A stretch of 59,143 nt of DNA, counting the filler, from Squatina squatina (Eukaryota): NCBI GenBank assembly GCA_031763465.1. It is 3 parts of 3 records of this genome, joined end to end, with 100 filler letters (N's around TTAATTAATTAA, not from the genome) between each part and the next. Parts side by side here need not be neighbours in the genome. Positions count along the whole stretch, not along the records: positions 1 to 13,931 come from JARFOE010000004.1; positions 14,032 to 40,541 come from JARFOE010000051.1; 1 more part is not named here. The stretch is one strand, 5' to 3'. The notes below the pieces were generated by a model, which ran no database searches, had not been told where the DNA came from, and saw nothing but the letters and a program-made list of their open reading frames with translations. Made by a program: the position numbers and the translations under genes. Below are positions 13,236 through 25,390 of this stretch, in pieces. The first letter of the stretch is position 1. Each line of letters opens with the position of its first letter.

Positions 13236-13517
13236 ATGTTGATTCCATCTCTGTTTTTCTTCAGCTGCAGTCTCTCCCTGGGAACAGGGTTTCGCAAGGG
13301 TATGGATAACACTGGAAAAAGGCATTATCAAATTCAGCATGGACCTTGCAGTTATACCTTTTTGCTTCCCGAGGTGGACAACTGCCGCTCGGTGGCAAAT
13401 CACTACGTGCCTAACACAGTGCAAAGGGACTCTCCAGAAATAGATAATGATGGCTCTTTGCAAAGGCTTCAGCAACTCGAAAATATAATGGAAAACAATA
13501 CACAGTGGCTGCAGAAG
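13236..13517 (+). CDS. ANGPT2: Angiopoietin-2 first coding exon (signal peptide and N-terminal superclustering region)
   Basis: MLIPSLFFFSCSLSLG...FRKGMDNTGKRHYQIQHGPCSYTFLLPEVDNCRS...VQRD...LQRLQQLENIMENNTQWLQK|gtaggc matches recalled ANGPT2 (FRKSMDSIGKKQYQVQHGSCSYTFLLPEMDNCRS...LENIMENNTQWLMK); phase-0 donor at the expected place; AGPAT5 on the opposite strand supports orthology. Confidence 0.92.
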
Positions 13518-13931
13518 GTAGGCTGATCAGTTTCCTCTTAGAAAAGTGAGACATTCTTTTAGCAGCGAGACAGTTATTGAAAATCAAAAGAAAAGGAAAT
13601 GTATTAAGTACACAGACTATGGCAAACTTCAATATAAAAGTGTTGGTCTGATGTGCAGACTGTTGATGGAGTTTGCTAATTTGTCTTGCCAATCTATAAA
13701 AACCTTGCCTTGTGAGCTACTACAGCACTGTTCTTGTGCTTGTGAGCTGGCAAAAGCATCCGCAGTATTTTGCTTTGGCTAAGGCATATTAATTGTTTGG
13801 TGAATGTATTTCTTTGGGGTACTTCTTAGTATTTCACATATGATTACAAAAGTAGTCCAAAAAAGCATATTGGCAACTCAGACAAAATTGTTCAATTATT
13901 AAATAATCAAAGACGCTTTTCTTTAAATAAG

Positions 13932-14031
13932 NNNNNNNNNNNNNNNNNNNNNNNNNNNNNNNNNNNNNNNNNNNNTTAATTAATTAANNNNNNNNNNNNN
14001 NNNNNNNNNNNNNNNNNNNNNNNNNNNNNNN
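13932..14031. other. Artificial scaffold linker N44-TTAATTAATTAA-N44
   Basis: 12-mer with stops in all six frames (13976-13987) centred in exactly 100 positions; identical structure at 40542-40641. Confidence 0.95.
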
Positions 14032-14371
14032 TCCATTCAAGTTCACATGCAGTGCTTGCACAAGGGATAGCTTGCTTTTACTAGCCATTGACAATGCTTT
14101 GACTAACTCCATCCCAACTGTACAATCAGGGCTGGCCTTAGAGAAGATGGCGCCGTAGGCGACCTAATATTTGGGCGTCCTTTCTTTGAGTTTAAGTAGG
14201 TTGTATTAGCGAAGGTTTCAGAAATAAAGCTGTAAGCGCGAATGTTTTTTAAAATAGTTTGAACAATATATGTCATAAAAAATAACATTGTAGCTAAGTG
14301 ACAAATAAACTAAGCATTAAATTAAATGCTAAACTAATAAATAACAATATTTTGTTCATCAAGTTTTAAAA

Positions 14372-14660
14372 AAAATTCGTTTGCAGGAAGTGGACGTCGC
14401 TGGCAAGGCCAGCATTTATTGCCCATCCCTCATTGCCCTTGAGAAGGTGGTGGTGATCCGCCTTATACAACCGAGTGGTTTGCTCGGCCATTTCAGAGGG
14501 CAGCAGTTAAGAGTCAACCACATTGCTGTGAGTCTGGAGTCACATATAGGCCAGACCGGGTAAGGGCAGCAGAATTCCTTCCCTCAAGGACATTAGTGAA
14601 CCAGATGGGTTTTTACAGCAATCTGATCGTTTCATGGCCACCATTACTGATTTTTAATTC
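14372..14660 (-). mobile_element. tRNA-derived SINE (recurrent family), cut by a gap
   Basis: Closely similar to copies at 15320, 16553, 37222 and 55098 (ggcaaggccagcatttattgcccatccct...aagagtcaaccacattgctgtg...ccctaaaggacattagtgaaccagatggg). Confidence 0.85.
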
Positions 14661-15319
14661 NNNNNNNNNNNNNNNNNNNNNNNNNNNNNNNNNNNNNNNN
14701 NNNNNNNNNNNNNNNNNNNNNNNNNNNNNNNNNNNNNNNNNNNNNNNNNNNNNNNNNNNNCATTGAAGGTCTAAGCAGAAGCTTGTTCAATCTAAACATA
14801 GTCAGTGCCTGAGAGCAACTACGTTGTGTACTATCATGTATTCTGTGCACCCAGTTCCTGTCCTATTGTGGTATCATTAGATGTCATCAGTTATGCCCCA
14901 AAAGGTGCCCCGGCAACAGACATCGCTTTCCGCAGATTGTACATAAAATGTAGTCAATACAGCTGGAACTGCAATAATGCTATCGTTATTGGTGAAACAG
15001 TGTTGGCTAGTGATTTCCTGATCAGTCCTGATCCTTACCATAGAAATACTGCTGCAATCTTTGGCTTCCAAACACAATTGTCAGCATCTCCTTCTCTATT
15101 TGGGTAAAGTATGTGGTCCTGTCAATGTACAGGCAGCTGAATCATTCTGCATTAATACTCATCCTAGCCCGTATTTTGAAGCACTGTCCAGTTACGACAC
15201 ATGACGATGCTTCACTGAAATTCAAAAATTGCCCTTATAACACACCTAGTAATCCGTTTCCTCTATTTGAACAAAGTCTGCTGTTGGTTTTTTTCATTGT
15301 GACAAAAGGATGCTTTTTT

Positions 15320-15800
15320 TAAAAATTCGTTCATGGGTTGTGGGCATCGCTGGTCAGCACTTATTTCCCATCCCAAATTGCCCTCAAGAAGGGTGTAGTG
15401 AACCACATTTTTGAACTGCTGTGGTGAAGGTACTTCCACAGTGCTGTTATACTTCTTTTTGTAGTGGTTTGGCATAACTGAGTGTCTTACTGGGCTATTT
15501 CAGAGGGCAGTGAAGAGTCAACCACATTGCTGTGAGTCTGGAGTCACATATAGGCCAGGCTGGGTAAGGACGGCAGATTCCCTTCCCTAAAGGACATTAG
15601 TGAACCCGATGGGTTTTCACAACAATCTGGTAGTTTCATGGTCACCATTACTGACACGAGTTTTTTAAAATTCCAGATTTATTTAATTAGCTGAATTTAA
15701 ATTCCCCAGTTGCTGTGGTGAGAATGGAACTCATGTCCCTTGGATCAGGATTCCAGGCCTCTGGATTACTCGTCCAGTGACACAAGCACTATGCTACCGC
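15320..15800 (-). mobile_element. tRNA-derived SINE, near full length
   Basis: Minus-strand head ggtagcatagtg...gagttccattctcaccac (A/B-box-like); body shared with four other copies. Confidence 0.85.
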
Positions 15801-16142
15801 AGCCATATCTGGAGTGCTTCCAAAGCACCTCCACTCCCATCACTAGGGTCACTGTAGCTTGCAGTCGAATACCTGGTCACCTCCTAAGTCGCAGCGAAAG
15901 ATTGCACTGTAGTAGCCCTGCTTTCAGAACCGATCTTTTATGAGCTTCATGTTCAGCTGAACTCGTAAAAAAGGCTTTAATTACAATCAGCTTGACTGTG
16001 ATTTTACAGCAAATATTTGGCTGTTTTTTGTTTCTAGGTAAANNNNNNNNNNNNNNNNNNNNNNNNNNNNNNNNNNNNNNNNNNNNNNNNNNNNNNNNNN
16101 NNNNNNNNNNNNNNNNNNNNNNNNNNNNNNNNNNNNNNNNNN

Positions 16143-16497
16143 ATTCCCACCTAGCTTTGTATCATCAGCAAACTTGGAAATATTACATTTGATCCCCTCA
16201 TCCAAATCATTGATATAGACCAGATTCAGGGTATTAATTGGCTTTCAGTCCCATTAGTTTCTCCAGTACTCTTTTTCTACTAATACTAATTTCTTTCAGT
16301 TCCATCATTCCCACTGGAGACCCTTGGTTCCCAAGTATTTCTGAGAGGTTTTTTTTGTGTCTTCTTTCATGCAGTCAGCCACAAAGTATTTGTTTAATTT
16401 CTCTGCCATTTCCTTTTTCCCCCATTATAAATTCTCCTGTCTCATTCTGTAAGAGGTCCACATTTACTTCTGCTAATCTTTTCCTCTTACATACGTA
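16143..16497 (-). mobile_element. CR1 LINE fragments (internally deleted)
   Basis: DEGIKCNISKFADDTKLGG (RT catalytic motif) joined to KRKRLAEVNVDLLQNETGEFIMG. Confidence 0.85.
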
Positions 16498-16552
16498 CCT
16501 ACATTGGCAGGATAGCACATTTTGGTTACTAGGTACATCCAAGTTTATTTTC

Positions 16553-17022
16553 CCTATTCGTTCCTGGGATGTGGGCATCACTGGCAAGGCCAGCATTTAT
16601 TGCTCATCCCTAACTGCCCTCGAGAAAGTGGTGATGAGCCGCCTTCTTGGACTGCTGCAGTCCTTGTGGTGACTTTTTTTGTAGCAGTTGTTTACAACTG
16701 AGTGGCTTGCTCGACCATTTCAGAGGGCAGAATAAGAGTCAACCACATTGCTGTGGGTCTGGATTCACATATAGGCCAGACTGGGTAAGGATGGCAGATT
16801 CCCTTCCCTAAAGGGCACTAGTGAACCAGATGGGTTTTATGACAATCTGATAGTTTCATGGTCACCATTACTGACACTAGCTTTTTTTAAAAAGCAGATT
16901 ATTTTTTAAATTAACTGAATTTAAATTCCACAGCTGCCATGGTGGGATTTGAACTCACGTCCCTGGATCAATAGTCCAAGCCTCTGGATTACAAGTCCCG
17001 CAACTTAATCTCTACACTACCA
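16553..17022 (-). mobile_element. tRNA-derived SINE, near full length
   Basis: Same family as 15320-15800; head ends near 17020 (gagttcaaatcccacc on the minus strand). Confidence 0.85.
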
Positions 17023-18308
17023 AGTTCCCAATGTGTTTGCTAATGTTCCTAAGAGGCACCTTGGGACATTTTATGAGCTTAAAGGCGCTGTACAAATGGA
17101 AGTTATTGTTATTTTTATGTCAAAATTGTGATTCTGCCTTTCAGTTGAAAATCTGATGAACTTACTAAACGCACGTGAGAAGCCAACATCTCAGTGCAAG
17201 TGCCAGGATACACCTGCCCAGGACCCCCGGTGCTGACTCTGCCAAAGTTCATGGAATCAGAGGGAGGTCCCTTAATTTAAAAAGCCTAGGTAGTGTCCNN
17301 NNNNNNNNNNNNNNNNNNNNNNNNNNNNNNNNNNNNNNNNNNNNNNNNNNNNNNNNNNNNNNNNNNNNNNNNNNNNNNNNNNNNNNNNNNNNNNNNNNCT
17401 CAGGGGGTTGTAGGGCTGGAGGAGATTACAGAGCTAGAGAAGGGCGAGGCCATGGAGGGATTTGAAAACAAGAATGAGGATAAAAGTGAGGCGTTGTTGG
17501 ATCAGGAGCCAGTGTAGGTCAGCGAGCACAAGGGCGACGGGTAAACGGGACTTGGAACAAGTAAGTTACAGGCAACAGAGTTTTGGATGATGGCCCTTTG
17601 CCAGTTTATTGTCTCTCATGTGTGCAGGTGAGAGTTGGCATTACACACAGAATAAAAGCAGAGCCAAGTAGCTGCAATGACAGACAGTGAGGGCAACTAA
17701 GATCTGTGTCCATATGTGAGTGAGTCATTCGGGTCAGAGATAGAAGAGTGAGTCAGCTCTAAAATCAGACAACACTGACACAGCACCTTCCCCACCCCCA
17801 CGGAAACGTGATTCGGTTCAGAAACAGACAGACTACTGGAGGAAGCATTGCTAAAACAAATCTGGAGTTTTGAAGCTGCCTGCACTCGTCTCCCAGCCAG
17901 CCACTTCCCACAGTTGAACCTGCAATGAGTTATGAGTAAAAATAGCATTCTGGCAATCTGTAGAGTTAGTGCCAGGGCATTCCATTCAGATAGGATCCTC
18001 CTTCTAATCGGTACATGTCTGAGCTGGTGGAGGCTGATTGGGCCCGTTAAGGTGACTCCACAGTCACCGAGTGTTTGCACATATATTCAAACTTATCAAG
18101 ACACAAAGCCATACTTTTATCAATTGACGTTTACATCAAACACTATCTCCCACTTATCAGTGTGTTAATAAACAAATTAAATGACTCACTCCTGTGTCTT
18201 ATTGCATGAGGATGACCATACTTTCGACACAGAATCCAGAGAGACACAGTGCGGGAGCACAGCAGAGTAGTTAGGATGGAAAATGTAGTTTGCACAACGA
18301 AGCAAGGC

Positions 18309-18341
<33 letters not shown>

Positions 18342-18877
18342 GTGTATATACAGTGGAAAAGTAAAACGAAATACCGGGGATGTGATATCACACTACTGAA
18401 GCACATTCAGACACCTGACCGATCCCCCGCCCAGCCACTGAGCTAACACCAGCCCCCCGCCCCCCCCCGGGGCGGNNNNNNNNNNNNNNNNNNNNNNNNN
18501 NNNNNNNNNNNNNNNNNNNNNNNNNNNNNNNNNNNNNNNNNNNNNNNNNNNNNNNNNNNNNNNNNNNNNNNNNNNTCCAATGCTGTAGTGCACTGTCAGC
18601 ACTGTTAGATGAAACATCAACTCTAATGTGGCCATGGTCACACTAAAGGCCCCAGCTGAAAATGCATCATGAATGACGTCACCAGACTCGCTCCCATCTC
18701 ATTGGGCCGGGTAACAGGCCTCAATAAAATAAATTCATTTTCAACAGCGGGATGGAGCCAGCAGCGGGGCCAGGACCTGACATGGCCACTGCCCGCAGCA
18801 GACCCGCCAGGGTAAAGAAAATTCCACCTGCTGGATCAAATGGCCAGCTTCCGTGCTGAAAATTTCTATGATTCTAT

Positions 18878-19145
18878 GAAGGATACCCAGATCCCTCCGA
18901 CTACCAACATTTCCCAATCACACCATTTAAAAAATATTCTGCTTTTCTAATTTTCCTACCAAAGTGGGTAACTTCACACACAACTCCACATTATATTCCA
19001 TCTGCCATGTTCTTGCCCACTCATTTAACCTGTCTGAATCCCTTTGCAGCCTCTTTGCATCCTCCTCACAACTTACTTTCCCACTTAGCTTTGTATCGTC
19101 AGCAAACATGGAAATATTACATTCTGTCACCTCATCTAAGTCATT
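18878..19145 (-). mobile_element. CR1 LINE (outer host of the nested stack), part 1
   Basis: NDLDEVTECNISMFADDTKLSGKVSCEEDAKRLQRDSDRLNEWARTWQMEYNV; the sequence resumes at 24135. Confidence 0.9.
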
Positions 19146-19617
19146 GACTGGAATTTTCCCTAAAAAAAACGGTGTTAAAAATGGTATTCCCGACCTGATC
19201 CCGCCTCCAACCTGCCGACTTCCGGTTTTAACGCAGGCAGGGCGGAAGACCAACCCGCTCCCGGGGGGCGGTACCTCATTTAAATATTGTAATGAGGCTG
19301 GAAGCCTCTTTATTAAATGATATTTTGAATTTAACTGCATGGTGATGGGTTTCACACAATTCCTGAAACCCAATAGTTAAACTAAGGCGGGGCTGCTGCA
19401 CCCAGGAGGTAAGTGGCTTTATACCTACCTCCTGGGTCTGACTATACTCAGCACCTCATGAGGCCTCCGATCATCTCCCCAGGCCGCCGATCCCCACTTT
19501 GAGGCCCCCCCATCCACTCGACCAATGATGCTGAGGCCGGCCGTTCCCGATTCTCTCTCATCCCCACCGATCCCCAGCCGACATCACCGGCTGACCACTC
19601 CCCCACCGATCCCCCCT

Positions 19618-22600
19618 AGTGCTAGTGCTGTTGGGGAGGGTTTAAACTAATTTGGCAGGGGGACGAGCACCAGGATGTAGCATTAGAAAGGAGAAACAAG
19701 GTGCACAAAGGATTGGGAGGGACTGATAACACCAGAGTAAGAAATTGTACGGTATTAAGTGGGTTCAGACTAAGAGAGAATACAAGAAGGTCTAAAACAG
19801 AGCATATGTGTGAATGCACGAAGTGTGGTCAGTAAAGTTGGTGAGCTGCAGGTGCAAATAGACACATGAGAATATGGTGTTGTGGCGATAATGGAGACCA
19901 GGCTCAAAAAAGGGCAGAATTGGGTATTAAATATTCCTGGATATTGTGATATCTTGAGACACAGCATGGCTTCTGGTAAGAACTGTACTGCCCATGTGCT
20001 TTATTATTATATACATCAGTAGTCACCAGTTGGCGCTATTACAGATATAAAGGCCGCGGTTTCGCCATGGGAGGCAGGTTGGGTGCAGGCCACAGAGGAG
20101 CTGTGTGGAAAACGCACTCCCCACCATAGCCTGCCCTCCCCCGACGATCTTCCCATGATTGGCCTGGTTAAGCCCGCCGTGAGGGCTTCCCCTCCAATTA
20201 ACTGGAAGCTGGACTGATGATGTCATATGATGACGCATCATCAGCCGGTTTTCTTAAAGGGACCATGGCCAACTCTTTTTCTGTCGGTGTTCTGCAGCAT
20301 TCAGAAGCTGCAAACATTGACAGGCACTGCACCAAAGTGCCACATTCACCCAGGCTCTCCCATGACTCCCTCCAGATGCTTATGCACGCAGGAAGATCCT
20401 CTTCCCTTGCAATGAGCAGAAGAGACCTCCCAGGACACCAATGCAGCCTGGTTGCACAGTGCACAGAAGGGAACAAGCAGGCATGTTGTCAGGAGGACCT
20501 GGCTGCAGTGGCGCAGACCTTTCAATGATCTCAGTAGATCATGAAACGTTACTATAAAGCTACATTCAACCTCATCCTGCTGTGCCACTCATCACATTCC
20601 CATTACTCTGTCTTCCCTACCCTCCTCCTGCATATCCGTAGTCACACCAACTTAACTTTTACCTTCACCCATCCCACTCTACATTATCACATCTCCATCT
20701 CGCTAGTCACCCCTCACACTCACCCTCATCCTTGTCCAATCATACCAAGGCACAAGGGTAGTCACTTGGGTGTTTCAGGCAATGATCATGTAGAGTTTCT
20801 GGTGAAGAGTTGTCAAACATTGAAATCTTTATTTTGAGCACTTTGCCTTCTTGGGACAGATTTGTGTGCACATTCTGAAGTGGCTTAGTGAGTTGTAGTG
20901 AATGCTGAGACATAAGGACACCCCGCACAATGATGATGTGTGTGAAGGGAATAGCATGGGCATTGCAGGGTTGCTTTATGGTGCTGGTGTGTTGTGGTGC
21001 CATCCTGGCGCATCAATGAGCCTCAAAGACTTGTTAAGTGCCTCAACGATTTGTCCTGCTGCTTACTGTTGGGTTTGGTAAGAGCGCAGATCCTGACAGC
21101 TGGGAAACTGACAAGGGGGCAGGATCGGAGCAGCAATCGGACCTGCTGTTAATTAAGGCCATTTTGCCAGCGGGCCTGCCCCCAAACCCACCCTCTGAGC
21201 TCCGGCAAAATTGTTCAAGAAAGTTAGAGAAGGAAAGAAAGGACATGGGCTGGCAATATTGATTAAGGAGACTATTACAGTGCTGGGGAGAGAGGATGTC
21301 CTGGAGGGGTCAAGGACAGAATCGATTTGGTTAGTGTTGAGTAACAATAGAGGTGCCATTACACTAAGAGGTGTATTCAATAGGCCGACAACTAGTGGGA
21401 AGTATACAGAAGAGCAAATTTGCAGGGAAATTATGGAGAGGTGCAAGAACTATAGAGTAGTGATATTGGGGGAAACCAACTATCCTAATATAGACTGAGA
21501 TAGTAATCGTATAAAGGGCAGAGAGGGGGAAGAATTTCTTAAGTGTGTTCAGGGGAACTTTTCTGATCAGTACATTTCCGGCCCAATGAGGAAGGAGCCA
21601 TTGTTGGATTTGGTTCTGGGAAATGAGGTGGGTCAAGTAGAGCAAGTCAGTAGGGGAACATTTAGGGAACAGTGATCACAGTATCATAAAGTTTAGATTA
21701 GTTATGGTAAAGAACCGGGAGAAATCTAGAGTAAAAATACTTACTTGGGGGAAAGCCAATTTCAGTGGGCTGAGAATGGATCTGGCCCGGGTAAATTGGA
21801 ATCAAAGGTTGGCCAGCAAAACTGTAATCAAACAATGGGTTGCCTTTAAAGAGGAGATGGTTCAGGTACAGTTGAGGTACATCCCACGAGGGGGAAAGGC
21901 CAGACCAAAGCCAGACCTCCCTGGATGACAAAAGAGATGGAGAGTAAGATGAAGCAGAAAAAGCGGACGCATGACAGATGTAAGATTGAGAATACAGGTG
22001 AGAACCAGGCTGAATGTAGAAAGTTCAGAGGGGAAGTGAAAAAGGTAATAAGAGGCGCAAAGAAAGAGTATGAGAATAGATTGGCTGCTAACTTAAAATC
22101 CATCTTCTATAGGGATATAAATAGTAAACGCGTAGTAGGAGGGATGTGGTCTCATAGGGTCCAAAATGGAGACCTATGCAGAGGGCATGGCTGAGGTACT
22201 AAATGAGTATTTTTCATCAGTCTTTACCAAGGAAGAAGATGCTGCCAAAGTCAGTGAAAGTGGAGGTAATTGAGATACTGGATGGGATAAAAATTGACAA
22301 GGAGGAGGTACTAGAAAGGCTGGCTATACTTAAAGTAGCTAAGTCATCAGGATCGGATCAGATGCATCCTCGGATGCTGAGGAAAGGTGGAAATTGCAGA
22401 GGTACTGGCCATAATCTCCTTGAATACAGGGCTGGTGCCAGAGGACTGGAGAATTGCAAATGTTAGACCCTTGTTCAAAAATGGGTGAAAGGAAAAACCC
22501 AGCAACTACAGGCCACTCAGTTTAACCTCAGTAATGGGGAAGCTTTTAGAAACGACAATCCAGAACAAAATTAACAGTCACTTGGACAAGTGTGGATTAA

Positions 22601-23838
22601 TTAAGGAAAGCCAGCATGGGTTTGTTAAAGGCAAATTGTGTTTAACTAAGTCAATTGCTGAGGTAACAGAGGGTTGATGAGGGCAATGTGGTTGATGTGG
22701 TATACATGGACTTCCAAAAGGCATTTGATAAAGTGCCACATAATAGGCTTGCAGCAAAGTTGAAGCCCATGAAATAAAAGGACAGTGGCAGCATGGATAC
22801 AAAATTGACTAAGTGACAGGAAACAGAGCGTAGTGGTGAATGGTTGTTATTCGGAATGGCATTTCCCAGGGGTTGGTACTGGGGCCACTGATTTTCTTAA
22901 TGCATATTAATGACTTGGACTTTGGTGTTCAAGGCACAATCAAAATTTACAGATGGCAGAAAACTTGAAAGTATAGTGAACAGTGAGGAAGATAGTGATA
23001 GACTTCAAGAAGACATAAACAGGCTTGTGAAATGGACAGTCATGTGGCAGATGAAATTTAACGCAGAAAAGTACGAAGTGATACATTTTGGTCGGAAGAA
23101 TGAGAGGCAATATAAACTACATCCTATAGAGGGGGCATGAACAGAGAGACCTGGGGGTATATGCACACAAATCATTTAAGGTGGCAGGGCTGGTTGAGAA
23201 AACAGTTAATAAAGCATATGTGATCCTGGGCTTCATAAATAGAGGCATTGAGTACAAAAGCAAGTTATGCTGAACCTTTATAAAACACTGGTTCGGCCTC
23301 AACTGGAGTATTGTGCCCAATTCTGGGCACCGCACTTTAGAAAGAATATGAAGGCCCAAGCGAGGGTGCAGAAAAATTTTACAAATGGTTCCAGGGATGA
23401 GGGACCTCAGTTACATGGATAGACTGGAGAAGGTGGGGTTGTTCCCCTTAGACCAGAGAAGATTTGATAGAGGTGTTCAAAGTCATGAGGGGTTCAGATA
23501 GAGTAGATAGAGAGAAATTGTTCCCATTGGCAGGAGGGTTGAGAACCAGCAGGGACAGACTTAAGGTGATTGACAGATGAACCAAAGGCGACATGAGGAA
23601 AAATGTTTTTACACAGCGAGTGGTCAGAATCTGTAATGCACTGTCTGAAAGGATGGTGGAGGCAGATTAAATCGTGGCTTTCACAAGGAAATTGGATAAA
23701 TACCTGAAAGAAAAAATTCACAGGGCTACGGGAAAAGGGTGGGGGAGTGGGACCAGCTGAAGTGCTCTTGCAGAAAGCTGGCACAGGCTCGACGGGCCGA
23801 GTGGCCTCTTTCTGTGCTGTAAACATTCTATGATTCTA
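19618..23838 (+). mobile_element. CR1 LINE with end of ORF1 and near-complete degenerate ORF2 (APE + RT), interrupted at ~19947-21209
   Basis: NARSVVSKVGEL...VVAIMET..LNIPGY, then FKKVREGKKG.GLAILIKE...TESIW...VVILG..NYPNID, NYRPLSLTSV, SQHGFVKG, YMDFQKAFDKVPH, LEYCAQFW, then tail attctatgattctat; many stops and frameshifts. Confidence 0.93.
19947..21209 (+). mobile_element. Harbinger-derived insertion carrying a decayed Myb/SANT-like gene remnant
   Basis: Splits the CR1 endonuclease between IPGY and FKK; 20340-20535 gives PRLSHDSLQML...ILFP...RRTWLQ.R..FNDL, like the Myb protein at 32676-32918. Confidence 0.65.
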
Positions 23839-24134
23839 TCCCCGATCCTCCCCTCCCCCGCTGATCCCCGACCGAGCCAGCCATTCCTCAACCCACCCCG
23901 CTTCCCCAGACCCCATGATCCCTCCCCCTCACACCCTCTGCTGAACTGAGGCCTATCCGCCAGCAGCCAGCCAACCTCCCAATCTGGCTGGCTGCCGGTA
24001 GGAATCCGAGGTTTGACAGGCAAATCAGGCCACGCTGTTAAAATCGGCAGGACCTGCGGGAAACTTGGCCTCACGGGTTTCCCGCCCACCTCAGAGGTCC
24101 CCCCACCCCTATCTACCTCGACAAAATTCCGGCC

Positions 24135-24800
24135 ATTGATATAGATTGTAAATAACTGAGGCCCAAGCACTGATCCTTACGGTGCCCCACTAGTTACAGG
24201 CTGCTAACCCAAAAATGACCCATTTATTCGTATTTATTTCTGTCGGTTAACGAATCCTCAATCCATACTATTACCCCCAATCTCATGAGCCCTGATTTTG
24301 TGTAATAACCTCTTGTGTGGCACCTTATTAAATGATTTTTGAAAATCCAAATACACCATTGGTTCCCCCTTCTCGACCCTGTTAGTTACAAAAATCTATT
24401 AGATTTGTCAAACACGATTTCCCTTTCATAAATCCGTATTGATTCTGCCCAATCATATTATGATTTTCAAAGTGCCCTGTAACGTCCCTAATGTATTCTA
24501 GATTTTCACTACTACTGATGTCAGACTAACTGGTCTATAGATTCTGTTTTCTCTCTTCCTCCTCAGGGTTATATTAACTACCTTCCAATCCTTGGGGACT
24601 GTTCTAGAAGCTAGAGAATTCGGGAAGTTCAAAAGCATTGCATCCACTATCTCTGTAGCCACCTCTTTTAAAACCCTAGGATGTAGGTCATCAGGTCCAC
24701 ACGATTTGTTGGCTTTTAGTCCCATTAATTTCTCCAGTACTATTTCTTTGCTGATAAAAATTTCTTTAAGTTCCTAATTCTCATGAGACCCTTGGTCCCT
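24135..24800 (-). mobile_element. CR1 LINE (outer host), part 2
   Basis: MGLKANKSCGPDDLHPRVLKEVATEIVDA...VPKDWKVVNIT...YRPVSLTSVV and LGPQLFTIYIN, which continues into 19145. Confidence 0.9.
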
Positions 24801-24887
24801 ATTAACAAGCAGCAATCTACAAAGGACAGCAGAGCAAGGTCAAGCTTCTGTAAAACCTTTTTCAACTTCCCACCCCAGAGAGGGGAA

Positions 24888-25023
24888 GCTGCACCGTTCC
24901 CAGAGGCACTGCAATGCCAGGTTGACTGAGCAAGCCAGTCCCATCTCCCAGATCAAAAAAGCACTTTTAATTTTTAGTCCCCAGATAGGGGACGTATCAG
25001 ATTTAAAAATGATAAGAGCAGAT
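24888..25023 (-). pseudogene. RNU2: U2 snRNA pseudogene fragment (~nt 38 to 3' end)
   Basis: Minus strand ATCTGCTCTTATCATTTTTAAATCTGATACGTCCCCTATCTGGGGACT...GGGAGATGG...GCTTGCTC...ACCTGGCATTGCAGTGCCTCTGGGAACGGTGCA aligns to recalled U2 (ATCTGTTCTTATCAGTTTAATATCTGATACGTCCTCTATCCGAGGAC...ACCTGGTATTGCAGTACCTCCAGGAACGGTGCA); 5' ~37 nt missing; Sm site degenerate. Confidence 0.88.
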
Positions 25024-25390
25024 TTTCTTTGGTTCAAAAATACAGTTTATTCATAACATTTCTAAAGGTACATTACAGTACAATCCAAATGTCGCAACTT
25101 AAATGGTACAATACAGATCACTTAGGTTAAATACTGTACATGCACTCCAGGGTGCCTTATTCCACTTACAGTCCAGATTACATTCACATTTAAAATCAAA
25201 TATTTTCCTGACACATTCACCCAAGGAGGTTTTACCCTGGTTGTGACCACTTGGTGTACTATGGGCGGTGCTGGGAGGGCTCCAAAATGTAGCCTTTCCC
25301 CATTGAGCTTTTGCAGCAGCTGCACCAAGCTTCACTGCGTCCCTGAGCATTTAGGCCAGGACTGTGGAATGTGCCGGTCTGCACTGCAGG
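25024..25390 (-). mobile_element. Tx1-clade (Keno-like) LINE 3' end
   Basis: ORF2 C-terminus MLRDAVKLGAAAAKAQWGK, 3' UTR ending atgaataaactgtatttttg and a short A-rich linker that abuts U2 at the position known for Keno insertion. Confidence 0.75.

Larger units (their letters stand above)
19146..24134. mobile_element. Non-autonomous PIF/Harbinger-like TIR element with ATT target-site duplication, containing nested insertions
   Basis: Left end GACTGGAATTTT (19146), right end AAAATTCCGGCC (24134); ATT at 19143-19145 and 24135-24137; removing it restores the CR1 sequence aagtcattgatatagattgtaaat. Confidence 0.8.

Noticed and set aside
24888-25023. Functional U2 snRNA gene
   Set aside because: Lacks the 5' ~37 nt including most of the branch-point pairing region, has an internal deletion and a degenerate Sm site
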